Shown here: piece by piece, positions 43,072 through 52,437 of the stretch | Layout of the letters: every line of letters begins with the position of its first letter | How positions within the stretch are numbered: position 1 is the stretch's first letter | NCBI GenBank assembly: GCA_036513895.1 | Contig: DATBYF010000048.1 | Location: 754 to 64,753, forward strand | DNA from: Candidatus Acidiferrales bacterium | Lineage (GTDB): Bacteria; Acidobacteriota; Terriglobia; Acidiferrales; UBA7541 | Length of the DNA stretch: 64,000 bases | Direction of reading: 5' to 3' | Made by a program: the position numbers and the translations under genes | The notes under the pieces: generated by a model | The model's input: the letters and a program-made list of their open reading frames with translations, nothing else | Told to the model about the DNA's origin: nothing | The model's database searches: none

Positions 43072-46000
43072 CTACACGCTCGCTTCGAAGTCTGGCTCGA
43101 CGTCGGGAAGCCTGTCACCCTCTCGGGCGAACCATACGTAAAGAGTGGGGAGGATAAAAATGCTCATGGCCAAATTCACCATCAGGCCTCCGACGATGAC
43201 GATTGCGAATGGCCTCTGTGAATCGGAGCCAATGGCATGAGACAGCGCCGCTGGCAGCAATCCCAGCGTCGCTACGAGCATCGTCATCATGATCGGGCGG
43301 AGCCTCAGGACGGCGCCTTCAATCGCGGAGTCTTCGATTGAGTGTCCTCGGGCGCGGAGCTGGTTGATATATTCGAGCATAATCACGCCGGTTTGTACTG
43401 ACACGCCGAACAGTGCCAGGAATCCGACGCCGGACGAAACACTGAAATGGGTGCCGGTAAACAGCAGTGCCAAGAGGCCGCCGAAGCTACCCATCACAAC
43501 CGTTGCGAGAATAAGAGCGGCCCACTTTGGGGAGCGAAACATCATGTACAGGATCAGGTAGATCACCATGATCGTTAGCGGGACGATCACTAACAACCGC
43601 GCTTCGGCGCGTTTCTCACTTTCGTATTCGCCTTCCCAATCAATATGGTATCCGCGGGGCAATTGAACCTGGGCGTTTACTTTCTTGATCGCTTCCTCAA
43701 CAGCGCTGCCTAGATCGCGGCCGCGCACGCTGTACTTAATTGCGACATATCGCTCGTTTCCCTCGCGGTAGATTTCTGAAGCGCCGTCCTGTTCTTTAAT
43801 TTTGCAAAGCTGTGCGAGCGAGACCCGTTCGCCCGATGGCGACAGCAAACGAATATTCTCGATAGCTTGCTCGGTTGTGCGGTACTGCGGGAGATAGCGC
43901 AGAACGAGGTCGTACCGCGCCTCGCCTTGTAATACTTGAGTCAGAGCGGTACCGCCCGCGGCGGTTTGGATGGCATCCTGAATGTCCGATACGTTGATCT
44001 GATAGCGTGCGGCTTGCTCGCGGTCTACCTCGAAATTGATATTTGGCTGGCCGAGGGCACGAAACACGCCGAGATCCTCGATTCCCTTGACCTGGCGCAT
44101 CACGTTCACGATCTGATCGGCCTTTTCCTCGAGTACTTTCAAATCATCGCCATAAACCTTCGTTGCGAGCTCGCCCTTCACCCCGCTCACCGCTTCTTCC
44201 ATGTTGTCTTCGATGGGCTGAGAAAAACCCCAAGTCACGCCGGGGATTTTCTCCAGCTCCCGGTTCATAGCCGCAATCAGCTCATCCTTGTTTTCATGAA
44301 AGACAGGCCGCCACTCTTCTTTGGGCTTCAGATCCACGAAGAATTCGGTATTGAAAAAGCCTGTCGTATCCGTTCCATCATCTGGGCGTCCTACCTGACT
44401 CCAGCACTGAGGCACTTCGGGAAACGAACAAAGTAGAGTCCGTGCCTGATTCATCACGCGGATACCTTCGGTTGGTCCGGTGCTAGGCACAAGCGTACCG
44501 CGCACCCAGAGCGCGCCTTCATCCAAGTGAGGTAGGAATTCAGAACCGATCACGCCGCCGAACGTGAGATAGATGGCGATGAGCAAACCCGCGGCCGCTA
44601 CGCCAATCGTGACCAGACGATGCTCGATCGCCCACCTCGCAGCACTGCGATATCTCGTTTTCAAGAACTCCATCACCGGATTGCGCCATTCGCGCACGCC
44701 CTTCCCGAAGAAGAAACTGGCTAAAACCGGCGCGATGACAATGGAGAATATGATGGCGCCGAGGAGTGCAAACGTGACTGTCCATGCCATGGGCTTGAAT
44801 AGGCGACCCTCCACACGCTGCAAAGTGAAAATCGGCAAATACGCAGTGATGATAATTGCGATGGCATAAAATACAGGACGCTGGACTTCATGCGCGGCCT
44901 CGGCTATGACCTGGATCGGCTTCCTTCGATTATTGCCGTCCTGACGCTCGCTCATATGGCGGACAATGTTCTCGACCATTACCACTGCACCATCCACAAC
45001 CATTCCGAAATCCAACGCGCCAAGCGACAGTAAGTTTGCAGGAATGCCCTTCAGGCTCAGACATGTGGCGGCGAACAACAGTGAAAAAGGGATGGTGAGC
45101 GCAACGATGATCGCTCCCCGAATATTCCCGAGGAATAGAAACAGAATGATGGCGACGAGGATAATGCCTTCCGTCAGATTTCGCAGAACAGTGTGGGTTG
45201 TGAAGTGCACCAAGTCGCTGCGATCGATGAATGGAATCACCTTTACGCCGGCGGGCAGGATTCGCTCGTTCAGTTCTTTGACCTTCGCGTGAATCCCACG
45301 AAGCGCGACGTCTGCATTTGCGCCTTTACGCAAGAGCACGATTCCTGAAACCACATCGCCGTCATCGATGATTTTGCCGTCTTCGCGATGGATTGCTTTC
45401 GCAGTCTGCCCGAGCCGGATTTTCGGTCCTTGCGCGACCTGAGCAATATCCTTTACACGAATGGGAGTGCCGTTCTTCGTGACGATGACAGTGTTTTCAA
45501 TATCTTGGACGTTCTTTACAAGGCCCACTTCCCGGATATTCAGTTGTTGGAGGCCGGACTCGATAAAGCTGCCGCCGGCATTGGCGTTGTTGTTAGTAAG
45601 TTGCTGCTCCACCTGGGCGAGGCTGAGACCGTAGGAAATCAGCTTATCGGGGTCAACGCGAACCTGATACTCGCGGGTGGGACCTCCGAAGCTCGATACG
45701 TCAACCACATCCGGGACAGCTTTGAAATTCTTTTCGATGACCCAGTCTTCGATTGACTTCAACTCCATCGGGTCGTATTGGGGATTCGTACTGTGCAGGG
45801 TATAAAAATAGATTTGACCTACCGGACTCCAGTCCGTACCCATTTGAGGATTGATCCCAGGCGGCAAGGTAACCTGCGAAAGTCTTTCAAGCACTCTCTC
45901 GCGGTCCCAAGCATTCTCCTCCTCATCATCGAATATCAGCTTTAGATCCGAGAGCCCGAACAACGAAAACGATCGCAGGTGGGTTATGTGCGGGATTCCG

Positions 46001-46221
46001 CTCATCTGAATTTCGAGCGGAATGGTGACTTGCTGCTCGATTTGTTCCGCGGAGATCCCCGGCCACTGCGTGATGATCTCGACATAGTTGTCCGCCACGT
46101 CGGGATAGGCTTCTACGGGAAGTTGATGAAATGACACCGCACCCCAGCCGAATAGAAAAAGAGCGGCTGCGAGGACGAGGAGACGATTCTCTAAAGCGAA
46201 ATCGACAACCTTGCGGATCAT
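43072..46221 (-). CDS. RND efflux pump, heavy-metal-efflux (CzcA/CusA) family, pair 2
   Basis: Track ORF, 1049 aa, with GALDFGMVVDGAVVMVENI. Its start abuts the stop of the upstream adaptor gene. Confidence 0.85.
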   Translation of the reverse strand: MIRKVVDFALENRLLVLAAALFLFGWGAVSFHQLPVEAYPDVADNYVEIITQWPGISAEQIEQQVTIPLEIQMSGIPHITHLRSFSLFGLSDLKLIFDDEEENAWDRERVLERLSQVTLPPGINPQMGTDWSPVGQIYFYTLHSTNPQYDPMELKSIEDWVIEKNFKAVPDVVDVSSFGGPTREYQVRVDPDKLISYGLSLAQVEQQLTNNNANAGGSFIESGLQQLNIREVGLVKNVQDIENTVIVTKNGTPIRVKDIAQVAQGPKIRLGQTAKAIHREDGKIIDDGDVVSGIVLLRKGANADVALRGIHAKVKELNERILPAGVKVIPFIDRSDLVHFTTHTVLRNLTEGIILVAIILFLFLGNIRGAIIVALTIPFSLLFAATCLSLKGIPANLLSLGALDFGMVVDGAVVMVENIVRHMSERQDGNNRRKPIQVIAEAAHEVQRPVFYAIAIIITAYLPIFTLQRVEGRLFKPMAWTVTFALLGAIIFSIVIAPVLASFFFGKGVREWRNPVMEFLKTRYRSAARWAIEHRLVTIGVAAAGLLIAIYLTFGGVIGSEFLPHLDEGALWVRGTLVPSTGPTEGIRVMNQARTLLCSFPEVPQCWSQVGRPDDGTDTTGFFNTEFFVDLKPKEEWRPVFHENKDELIAAMNRELEKIPGVTWGFSQPIEDNMEEAVSGVKGELATKVYGDDLKVLEEKADQIVNVMRQVKGIEDLGVFRALGQPNINFEVDREQAARYQINVSDIQDAIQTAAGGTALTQVLQGEARYDLVLRYLPQYRTTEQAIENIRLLSPSGERVSLAQLCKIKEQDGASEIYREGNERYVAIKYSVRGRDLGSAVEEAIKKVNAQVQLPRGYHIDWEGEYESEKRAEARLLVIVPLTIMVIYLILYMMFRSPKWAALILATVVMGSFGGLLALLFTGTHFSVSSGVGFLALFGVSVQTGVIMLEYINQLRARGHSIEDSAIEGAVLRLRPIMMTMLVATLGLLPAALSHAIGSDSQRPFAIVIVGGLMVNLAMSIFILPTLYVWFAREGDRLPDVEPDFEASV

Positions 46222-47394
46222 CTACTGGTCCACTGAATTTTCGAATACCAGAGCGTTCAGAATTACCTTTGTTCCGGGGGTTATGCCCGACGCCACCTCC
46301 TGCATGTTGGCAGGAAGCGTATTTCCAGTGACGATTTCGACTCTCCGAAATTTGTTATCTCCTTCAGGAACGAAGACCCAGTCGCGATCACGTAAATGCA
46401 AGATTGCAGCACTGGGAATCGTGGTGTGAACTTCCTGCTTCTGTCCGTGAAAAGTAGCGGTCGCAAACATGCCAGGGCGGATGAATCCGGGATTGCCGAC
46501 TTCAATTCTGACTTTCGATGCGCGAGTGGCTGGATCGAGAACGGCGCCAATGTTGCTAATTGTGCCCTTCAGAACCTTGTCAGGATATGCGTTCAATTTG
46601 ATATCGGCGGTCTCGCCCAGGCGAACGTTTGGCAAAGCATTTTCGTACACATCGCAAACGATCCAAACGAAGGACAAATCGGAGATCGTGAACGGGTTCT
46701 TGGCGGACAAGCTCTGTACGCCCGCTGCGTTGGTCACTTGCTGGTCGGTAATCACCCCCGAAATGGGCGCGTAAATATCGACTATTCCGGTGGGATGATC
46801 GGGATCGTTACCGAGGAGTCGAAGATGTTCCTCGGTGGTTTCGACGGCGACCTTCGCGTCGTCTTCGGCGTCTTGAGCGATTTCAAGTTCCGACTCCGGG
46901 ATGGCGCCGTGGGCGAAGAGATCTTTGGAGCGAGTGATTTGCTTGCGCGCGAGAAGTTCGTCGGCAACGGCTTTGCGGTAATCGGAGTAACCGCCGGAAA
47001 CATCGTCACTTCGGACGCGCAACAAGAGTTGACCCTTGTGCACCGAGTCTCCTAGCCGCGCGCGAATGTCGACAACGCGACCGGAGGCCAGCGAAATCAC
47101 GGGCACCGTCCGTGCAACATCCGGGCTTACCGCACCTGTGGCTGACAATTGCGAAGCGGCATTGTGCCCGACTGCGGTAAATAAGGGGAATTGCTCAGGA
47201 TGGTCGACCTGAAACACGTTCGAATCCTGCTGGTTTTCGACCTGAGCGAGCGGCGGCGCCTCGGCTGCCGGGTCGCTCTCGGATGAACCACAACCCGCCA
47301 GACACAAAGTCAGTGCGCTCAGAAAAAGTGCACGAGCGATTGCCGGAAAAATGCTGGGTCCGGCATACGCGTGAAAGAAACACGCTTGCTTCAT
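46222..47394 (-). CDS. RND periplasmic adaptor (membrane fusion protein), pair 2
   Basis: Track ORF, 390 aa, with lipobox LCLAGC and an MFP domain pattern. Confidence 0.8.
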   Translation of the reverse strand: MKQACFFHAYAGPSIFPAIARALFLSALTLCLAGCGSSESDPAAEAPPLAQVENQQDSNVFQVDHPEQFPLFTAVGHNAASQLSATGAVSPDVARTVPVISLASGRVVDIRARLGDSVHKGQLLLRVRSDDVSGGYSDYRKAVADELLARKQITRSKDLFAHGAIPESELEIAQDAEDDAKVAVETTEEHLRLLGNDPDHPTGIVDIYAPISGVITDQQVTNAAGVQSLSAKNPFTISDLSFVWIVCDVYENALPNVRLGETADIKLNAYPDKVLKGTISNIGAVLDPATRASKVRIEVGNPGFIRPGMFATATFHGQKQEVHTTIPSAAILHLRDRDWVFVPEGDNKFRRVEIVTGNTLPANMQEVASGITPGTKVILNALVFENSVDQ

Positions 47395-47463
47395 AAATCC
47401 TCACTTGCGACCTACGAATAAAATTCGATTTTCTAAAACGCGATTAGTTGAATTGGCGTGCTG

Positions 47464-47895
47464 CTAGAGGGACTGCAGAGGAGGACCACGAAGCTCGACG
47501 GAACCACGAAGAGTAGGGCGAACGATCTGGACGTTTTGGACCAGAACGTTGCCTTGTAACGCCAGAGGAGGGACACAAACAGCAGATGAAACTACGGCAC
47601 TGAGTAAGGCTTGAGTGTGGACCGGGCGATGATGGTGGCTTGAAACTTTGGAAGATCTCGCACTGACAAGGGCTGCATCTTCTACCAGCGCGGCAATTTC
47701 ATAGAGGTCGTCAGTCAGCGAGATGGCGTAGAACATTAAAACCAGGACGCAGATCAAACCGACTGCACTATAAAGAATTTGCTTGCGACGGCTGCGCGCG
47801 AAGAAGTCTCGACGCCAATACACGACCCACAACATCGTGCCGGTCAGCGCCAGCAGCAGCCAAATGAGATTAAGTAATGCTTCCATGGCTTCCAA
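47464..47895 (-). CDS. Hypothetical small membrane protein with His-rich tail, heading the RND cluster
   Basis: Track ORF, 143 aa, with two predicted TM helices (LLNLIWLLLALTGTMLWVVYW; LYSAVGLICVLVLMFYAI) and then SSHHHRPVH. I recognise no family. Confidence 0.4.
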   Translation of the reverse strand: MEAMEALLNLIWLLLALTGTMLWVVYWRRDFFARSRRKQILYSAVGLICVLVLMFYAISLTDDLYEIAALVEDAALVSARSSKVSSHHHRPVHTQALLSAVVSSAVCVPPLALQGNVLVQNVQIVRPTLRGSVELRGPPLQSL

Positions 47896-48123
47896 AACAT
47901 GCGGCGCAGCAGCCTACCGTTCTTCCAGGATCCTGCGCCTTATACTTTTGATGCTATCTCGAAGCTTGGCGGCGACGCAATCTAGTTGACCGAGGTGGGA
48001 GCAAACCAGTTAGCTGGCAGCGCGGGCAGCCAGAGTTATGTTGACACCCCCATATACCCGCCGCTAAGATTTGCGTCCTAGTTGACCATCTGTCCGGGTG
48101 GTGTGCCCGGCGGGAGATTCATC

Positions 48124-49179
48124 ATGAAAAAAGCTATTTGGACCGTGACGGTCTTGGCGTGTCTTTTTGCGACTTGCGCGGAAGCTCGGCCTCAGAGCAG
48201 TCCACCGCCAGCTGGCGTTACAGCGGCGCCCGCGGCCGTGCCCGCCGTCGCTCCAGCCCCGGCCCAAGGGCGAAAGAAGCGGATCGCTGTTTTCGATTTC
48301 GACTTCGCCACGGTGCAGTCCAGTTCTGCGGCGATATTTGGTCAGAATGTGGACGTCGGCAAAGGAATCTGCGATCTTCTCGTGAGATATCTGGTGCAGG
48401 ACGGCACGTATTCGGTGATCGAGCGAAAGTCACTCGACAAAATCATGGCCGAGCAAAATTTCTCGAATAGCGACCGCGCAAACCCAGCGTCTGCGGCCAA
48501 GATTGGAAAATTGCTTGACGTTGACGCCATTATCGTCGGCAGCGTCACGCAATTTGGAAACGAAACGAAAAACAAGAATTTCGGAGGTAACGGAGGCAAT
48601 TGGGGCGGTTTTGGAGTCGGAGGGGTCGGACATAAGAGCTCGAAGGCGGTCGTGGTCGTTGACGCCCGGTTGGTAGATATTGACACCGCCGAGATCCTTG
48701 GCGTTGCTGACGGCAAAGGCGAGTCAAAGCGCGATAGCACTTCCCTTCTGGGAGGCGGTGGTAATTGGCACGGATTTGGCGGGGGCAACGCGGATTTTGG
48801 CAGCAGCGACTTCCAGCAGACGATTATCGGAGAAGCGATAAATGCGGCGGTTCAGCAGTTGAGCACTGGAATTATCGCTGACAACACGAAGCTTCAGACT
48901 CGCACAATTTCTGTTTCGGGGCTGGTCGCGGCAGTGGATGGCGGGCAGGTTATCCTCAATGTGGGCGGGAAAGCCGGCTTGAAGATTGGGGACCAGCTTA
49001 CGGTCGAACGCGTGACGCGCGAAATCAAGGATCCATCAACCGGCGCGGTGATCCGCAGAATGACATCTCCGGTTGGCACGATTCGCATCACCGATGTGGA
49101 CGATATTTCTTCTGTCTGCACGCCTGTTTCAGGGACTGATTTCAAGGTGGGAGACGCGGTCAAGACGATCACACAATAG
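48124..49179 (+). CDS. CsgG/HfaB-family lipoprotein-like protein
   Basis: Track ORF 48082..49179 trimmed to ATG 48124 (MKKAIWTVTVLACLFATC). KKRIAVFDFDF...GKGICDLLVRYLVQDGTYSVIERKSLDKIMAEQNF...DAIIVGSVTQFG fits the CsgG-like fold. It carries Gly-rich inserts. Confidence 0.6.
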   Translation: MKKAIWTVTVLACLFATCAEARPQSSPPPAGVTAAPAAVPAVAPAPAQGRKKRIAVFDFDFATVQSSSAAIFGQNVDVGKGICDLLVRYLVQDGTYSVIERKSLDKIMAEQNFSNSDRANPASAAKIGKLLDVDAIIVGSVTQFGNETKNKNFGGNGGNWGGFGVGGVGHKSSKAVVVVDARLVDIDTAEILGVADGKGESKRDSTSLLGGGGNWHGFGGGNADFGSSDFQQTIIGEAINAAVQQLSTGIIADNTKLQTRTISVSGLVAAVDGGQVILNVGGKAGLKIGDQLTVERVTREIKDPSTGAVIRRMTSPVGTIRITDVDDISSVCTPVSGTDFKVGDAVKTITQ

Positions 49180-49288
49180 AGGTCGAATTGGAGTTCAATG
49201 CGTTTCCAGCTTTTCTGGCGCCCGGGTGAATTGTCATTCGGGTGCCCGCTTTTTTAGGCACGTTTTCGCACTCCCGCCGCATACATCG

Positions 49289-49318
49289 TTGACAATTTCA
49301 ACAACACACTCGTAGAAT
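49289..49318 (+). promoter_or_regulatory. Candidate sigma-70-type promoter of the sigma-54 activator gene
   Basis: TTGACA (49289-49294), 18-nt spacer, TAGAAT (49313-49318), about 35 nt upstream of the TTG start at 49354. Confidence 0.35.
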
Positions 49319-49353
49319 CACCGCGCGCACTGGGGCGCGCACTTTCCGTCGAA

Positions 49354-50775
49354 TTGCGCCGTTCCGTGTCTGCGGAGCCCAATTTGACGCCTGCCGGCAC
49401 ATCCAATCCCAAAGTCGCAGTGATTGATGCGGACGAATCGTTCCGCTCCGGGATTTCCGCGGACCTCGGAGACGAATTCGAAATTCTCGAAGGCGATGAT
49501 TTCGAAGCCGCGTACCACCATATTCAGGAAAGCGGACTGGATGTGCTTCTGCTCGGCTTGCCCTTGCCTTCGGGCGGGGTTCGCGAAAGCATTCAGCTCC
49601 TCAACCGGCTCGCCGAGAGTGAAATTGATACGCTCGTCATCGTACTGAACGAAGACAATAACAAGGCTCCGGCGCTCAAATTGATCGAGGCAGGATGCTA
49701 CGACTACTTCGTCAAGCCGGTGGATACGGACGTCGTTCGCGCCTTGATGCGCCGGGCGATCAAGAAGCTCCATATCCAGCGCGAAAATCGCATTTTGCGC
49801 GAAGAGGTTTCTCGCAAACAGTTTGGCGGCGATCTCATCGGCTCGACCGATTCGATGCGCGACCTGCTCGAAACCATTCGGAGGATGGCTCGCGCTTCCA
49901 CCAGCGTGATCATCCGCGGCGAAAGCGGAACCGGAAAAGAGTTGGTCGCCCGTGCGCTCCATGAGCAGGGTCCGCGGCGGACGAAACCGTTCATCAGCGT
50001 AAACTGCGCGGCGCTGCCTGAAACTCTCATGGAGGCTGAACTTTTCGGCTACGAACGCGGAGCTTTCACTGGTGCTGTGGCCACGAAAGAAGGCCGGATC
50101 GAGCTGGCTAACCATGGCACATTATTCCTCGATGAAATCGCGACGCTCACGCCCGCGCTGCAATCGAAACTCCTCAGAGTGCTCGAGGATCACGCGCTGA
50201 TCCGGCTCGGTGGCAAGAAGTCCATCAAAGTTGATTTCCGGCTGGTCAGCGCGACGAATGAAAACCTTGAGGAAATGGCTAAGACTGGCAGATTCCGCGA
50301 GGATCTCTACTACCGGATCCACGTGGTGCCGATTTTTATTCCGCCGTTGCGCGAGCGCGTGGAAGATATTCCTCTGCTCATCGACTATTTCGTAAGCGTT
50401 TACTGCGCGGCGAATCGCACGCCAGCGAAACGCATTGCCGAAGATGCCCTTCAGGCGCTGAAGCGCTACGCATGGCCTGGAAACGTTCGCGAGCTTCAGA
50501 ACGTCGTGCAGCGGTTTGTTCTGATGACTGATTCGGACATGATCAATTTGAAGGACCTTCCGAGCGATGTTGTCCAAGCTGCTGGCAAGGGGACCAAGGG
50601 CCGGTTCCGACTGCCGTCAAGCGGCATCAAGCTCAATGAGGAACTCGACGCATTCGAGCGCCAATGGGTGGAAACGGCGCTGGCTCAGGCCGATCAGGTG
50701 AAGTCGGAGGCCGCGCGGTTGCTTGGCGTCGATAGGAACCGAATCAATTATCTCTGCCGGAAGTACGATCTTTAG
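49354..50775 (+). CDS. Sigma-54-dependent enhancer-binding protein (NtrC/Fis family) with atypical receiver-like N-domain
   Basis: Track ORF, 473 aa. Its AAA+ core has GESGTGKE (Walker A), LFLDEI (Walker B) and the sigma-54 contact loop ERGAFTGA. The C-terminal Fis-type HTH is EAARLLGVDRNRINYLCRKY. The start (TTG 49354) is uncertain. Confidence 0.9.
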   Translation: MRRSVSAEPNLTPAGTSNPKVAVIDADESFRSGISADLGDEFEILEGDDFEAAYHHIQESGLDVLLLGLPLPSGGVRESIQLLNRLAESEIDTLVIVLNEDNNKAPALKLIEAGCYDYFVKPVDTDVVRALMRRAIKKLHIQRENRILREEVSRKQFGGDLIGSTDSMRDLLETIRRMARASTSVIIRGESGTGKELVARALHEQGPRRTKPFISVNCAALPETLMEAELFGYERGAFTGAVATKEGRIELANHGTLFLDEIATLTPALQSKLLRVLEDHALIRLGGKKSIKVDFRLVSATNENLEEMAKTGRFREDLYYRIHVVPIFIPPLRERVEDIPLLIDYFVSVYCAANRTPAKRIAEDALQALKRYAWPGNVRELQNVVQRFVLMTDSDMINLKDLPSDVVQAAGKGTKGRFRLPSSGIKLNEELDAFERQWVETALAQADQVKSEAARLLGVDRNRINYLCRKYDL

Positions 50776-50784
50776 CCTGCCGTC

Positions 50785-50818
50785 GTTGAAAAAACAAACA
50801 CGCGATTAAAACTTCAAC
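50785..50818 (+). promoter_or_regulatory. Upstream dyad GTTGA-N24-TCAAC, module 1 (candidate enhancer/UAS)
   Basis: The same dyad, with identical 24-nt A-rich spacing, occurs at the same distance (~115 nt) upstream of each of the three -24/-12 promoters. Confidence 0.45.
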
Positions 50819-50914
50819 ACATCCGGGACGTGCAGCGAATTGGTACTACAACCCGGCTCAGTCCTAAGTGGCTTAAATCGAATAGAATAGGCCCGCGTGG
50901 CGCGACTGCGAGTT

Positions 50915-50930
50915 TGGCATGAGGTGTGCA
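50915..50930 (+). promoter_or_regulatory. Sigma-54 (-24/-12) promoter, module 1
   Basis: TGGCATgaggtGTGCA. GG and GC are at the canonical spacing of TGGCAC-N5-TTGCA. It lies ~55 nt upstream of sORF1 and next to an EBP gene. Confidence 0.7.
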
Positions 50931-50984
50931 ATATAGATATGCGTCGCCCACGAGGGCAAACCCAAATCGAGGAGATTCACGAAA

Positions 50985-51068
50985 ATGACAACGAAAAAGA
51001 CCCAACTGAAGTCGGCCAAGAAGAGCAACAAGATCGTCGCGTTGACGACCCACCTTCCCAAGCCGTAA
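50985..51068 (+). CDS. Small Lys-rich peptide, 27 aa: MTTKKTQLKSAKKSNKIVALTTHLPKP (unannotated sORF 1)
   Basis: Below the ORF-track size cutoff. It has a GAGGAG SD 10 nt upstream, ATG...TAA, and is followed by a strong terminator. Two paralogs in the window differ by synonymous or conservative changes and in-frame indels. Confidence 0.7.
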   Translation: MTTKKTQLKSAKKSNKIVALTTHLPKP

Positions 51069-51116
51069 GATCGCGGCCCTGTCTCGCTGCAAGCGAGAAG
51101 CGGCCACACGAAATCT

Positions 51117-51154
51117 GCGGGGTTGCCAAGCACTGGCAACCCCGCTATTTTTTT
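51117..51154 (+). terminator. Rho-independent terminator of sORF 1
   Basis: Perfect 12-bp stem gcggggttgcca/tggcaaccccgc, 5-nt loop, then T7 run. Confidence 0.85.
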
Positions 51155-51216
51155 GTGCTGACGAGTCGCTGAAAAACAATCGAGAGTTGCTATATCTTTG
51201 ATCAATTGGAGGGCAA

Positions 51217-52035
51217 TTGTCTCAATCGCGAAGGAAACGAAAAGCGCCGCGCCGGTCGCCGTCCTACGAAGCCATCGGACAATTTTACGATTCTCTTTGG
51301 CTGGATAATCCGCGGGCGTGGACAGCTGCCCGGAGCCGGCTGCTGGAACCGATTGTTTCTGGGGCGCGGCGAGTTTGCGAACTCGGATGCGGTACCGGCG
51401 TAACGGCAATGGAATTCGCGCGCCGCGGACTAAAGGTTTTCGCGCTCGATTATTCTCGCGAAATGTGCCGCGTCACCCGCGAAAAGGCTCTTGCGGAAGG
51501 CCTCGACGTCCAGGTTGCTCGCGGCGATATGCGAACGTTCCGTTTGCCGGTGAAGGTAGATCTCGTCACTTCTGAATGGGGAGTCATCAATCATTTGCGG
51601 CGTAAGGCCGAGCTAGCGCAAACATTTCGCGCGGTCGCCCGCGCGGTAAAGCCTGGAGGCTACTTTTTTTTCGATCTTCATCAGCAAAAACTATACGAAG
51701 AGGGTTGGCCCAAGGCAGTAATTGGCGATGGAGTGACCGCCGAAGAGGGGAAGAAATTCTTCGCGGCTCAGCACGGCGGATATGACCGAAAGAACGGCAA
51801 AGGCTGGACGGAAATAACCATTTTCGTTCGCAGGGCCGGCGGCCTGTGGCAGCGCCGCGGGGAACGCATCGAAGAAATTTGCTGGTCTCAAGGAGAGATT
51901 GTTCGAGACCTCAAGCGCGCCGGGTTTCAACTCCTGCGCGTCTGTGATTTCGCCGATATCTGTGCTGCGCCAAGTCCGAAAAGAGGGCCCGACGGCATGC
52001 GTACGATGTATCTCGCCCGGCTGAAAAGCAGGTAG
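51217..52035 (+). CDS. Class I SAM-dependent methyltransferase
   Basis: Track ORF, 272 aa, TTG start with GGAGG just upstream. Motif I is VCELGCGTGVTAMEF, followed by an acidic loop FALDYS and motif post-I/II DLVTSEWGVINHL. Confidence 0.8.
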   Translation: MSQSRRKRKAPRRSPSYEAIGQFYDSLWLDNPRAWTAARSRLLEPIVSGARRVCELGCGTGVTAMEFARRGLKVFALDYSREMCRVTREKALAEGLDVQVARGDMRTFRLPVKVDLVTSEWGVINHLRRKAELAQTFRAVARAVKPGGYFFFDLHQQKLYEEGWPKAVIGDGVTAEEGKKFFAAQHGGYDRKNGKGWTEITIFVRRAGGLWQRRGERIEEICWSQGEIVRDLKRAGFQLLRVCDFADICAAPSPKRGPDGMRTMYLARLKSR

Positions 52036-52105
52036 ACGCATGCTCCTGGTGTAGGGCGTGGTACCCCTCCCGGGCGCAACACGAGTTTGAATTTCGGGAT
52101 GTATC

Positions 52106-52139
52106 GTTGAAAAAGCGAACGCGAGTTGAAAATTCCAAC
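52106..52139 (+). promoter_or_regulatory. Upstream dyad GTTGA-N24-CCAAC, module 2 (candidate enhancer/UAS)
   Basis: Same architecture as module 1, with one mismatch in the right arm. Confidence 0.4.
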
Positions 52140-52235
52140 GCATTTGACGTATTGGCTGGGTTCGTACTAAAACCAAGGCTGCTGCTAAGCTATGTAGATT
52201 CAGTATGTTACGCCGTATCGGTTCGACCGCGAGTT

Positions 52236-52251
52236 TGGCACGAGATGTGCA
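52236..52251 (+). promoter_or_regulatory. Sigma-54 (-24/-12) promoter, module 2
   Basis: TGGCACgagatGTGCA with canonical GG/GC spacing. Confidence 0.7.
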
Positions 52252-52305
52252 ATATAGATATGCGTCGCCCACGAGGGCAAACCCAAACCGAGGAGATTCA
52301 CGAAA

Positions 52306-52389
52306 ATGGCAACGAAAAAGACCCAACTGAAGTCGGCCAAGAAGAGCAACAAGATCGTCGCGTTGACGACCCACCTTCCCAAGCCGTAA
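52306..52389 (+). CDS. Small Lys-rich peptide, 27 aa: MATKKTQLKSAKKSNKIVALTTHLPKP (unannotated sORF 2)
   Basis: Same SD, frame and stop as sORF 1. The single coding difference is T2A. Confidence 0.7.
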   Translation: MATKKTQLKSAKKSNKIVALTTHLPKP

Positions 52390-52437
52390 GATCGCGGCCC
52401 TGTCTCGCTGCAAGCGAGAAGTGGCCACACGAAATCT

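Larger units (their letters stand above)
50904..51154 (+). repeat. ~250-bp direct repeat, copy A (promoter-sORF-terminator unit 1)
   Basis: Near-identical to 52225-52473; I count about 10 differences by eye. The two copies flank the methyltransferase gene. Confidence 0.85.
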
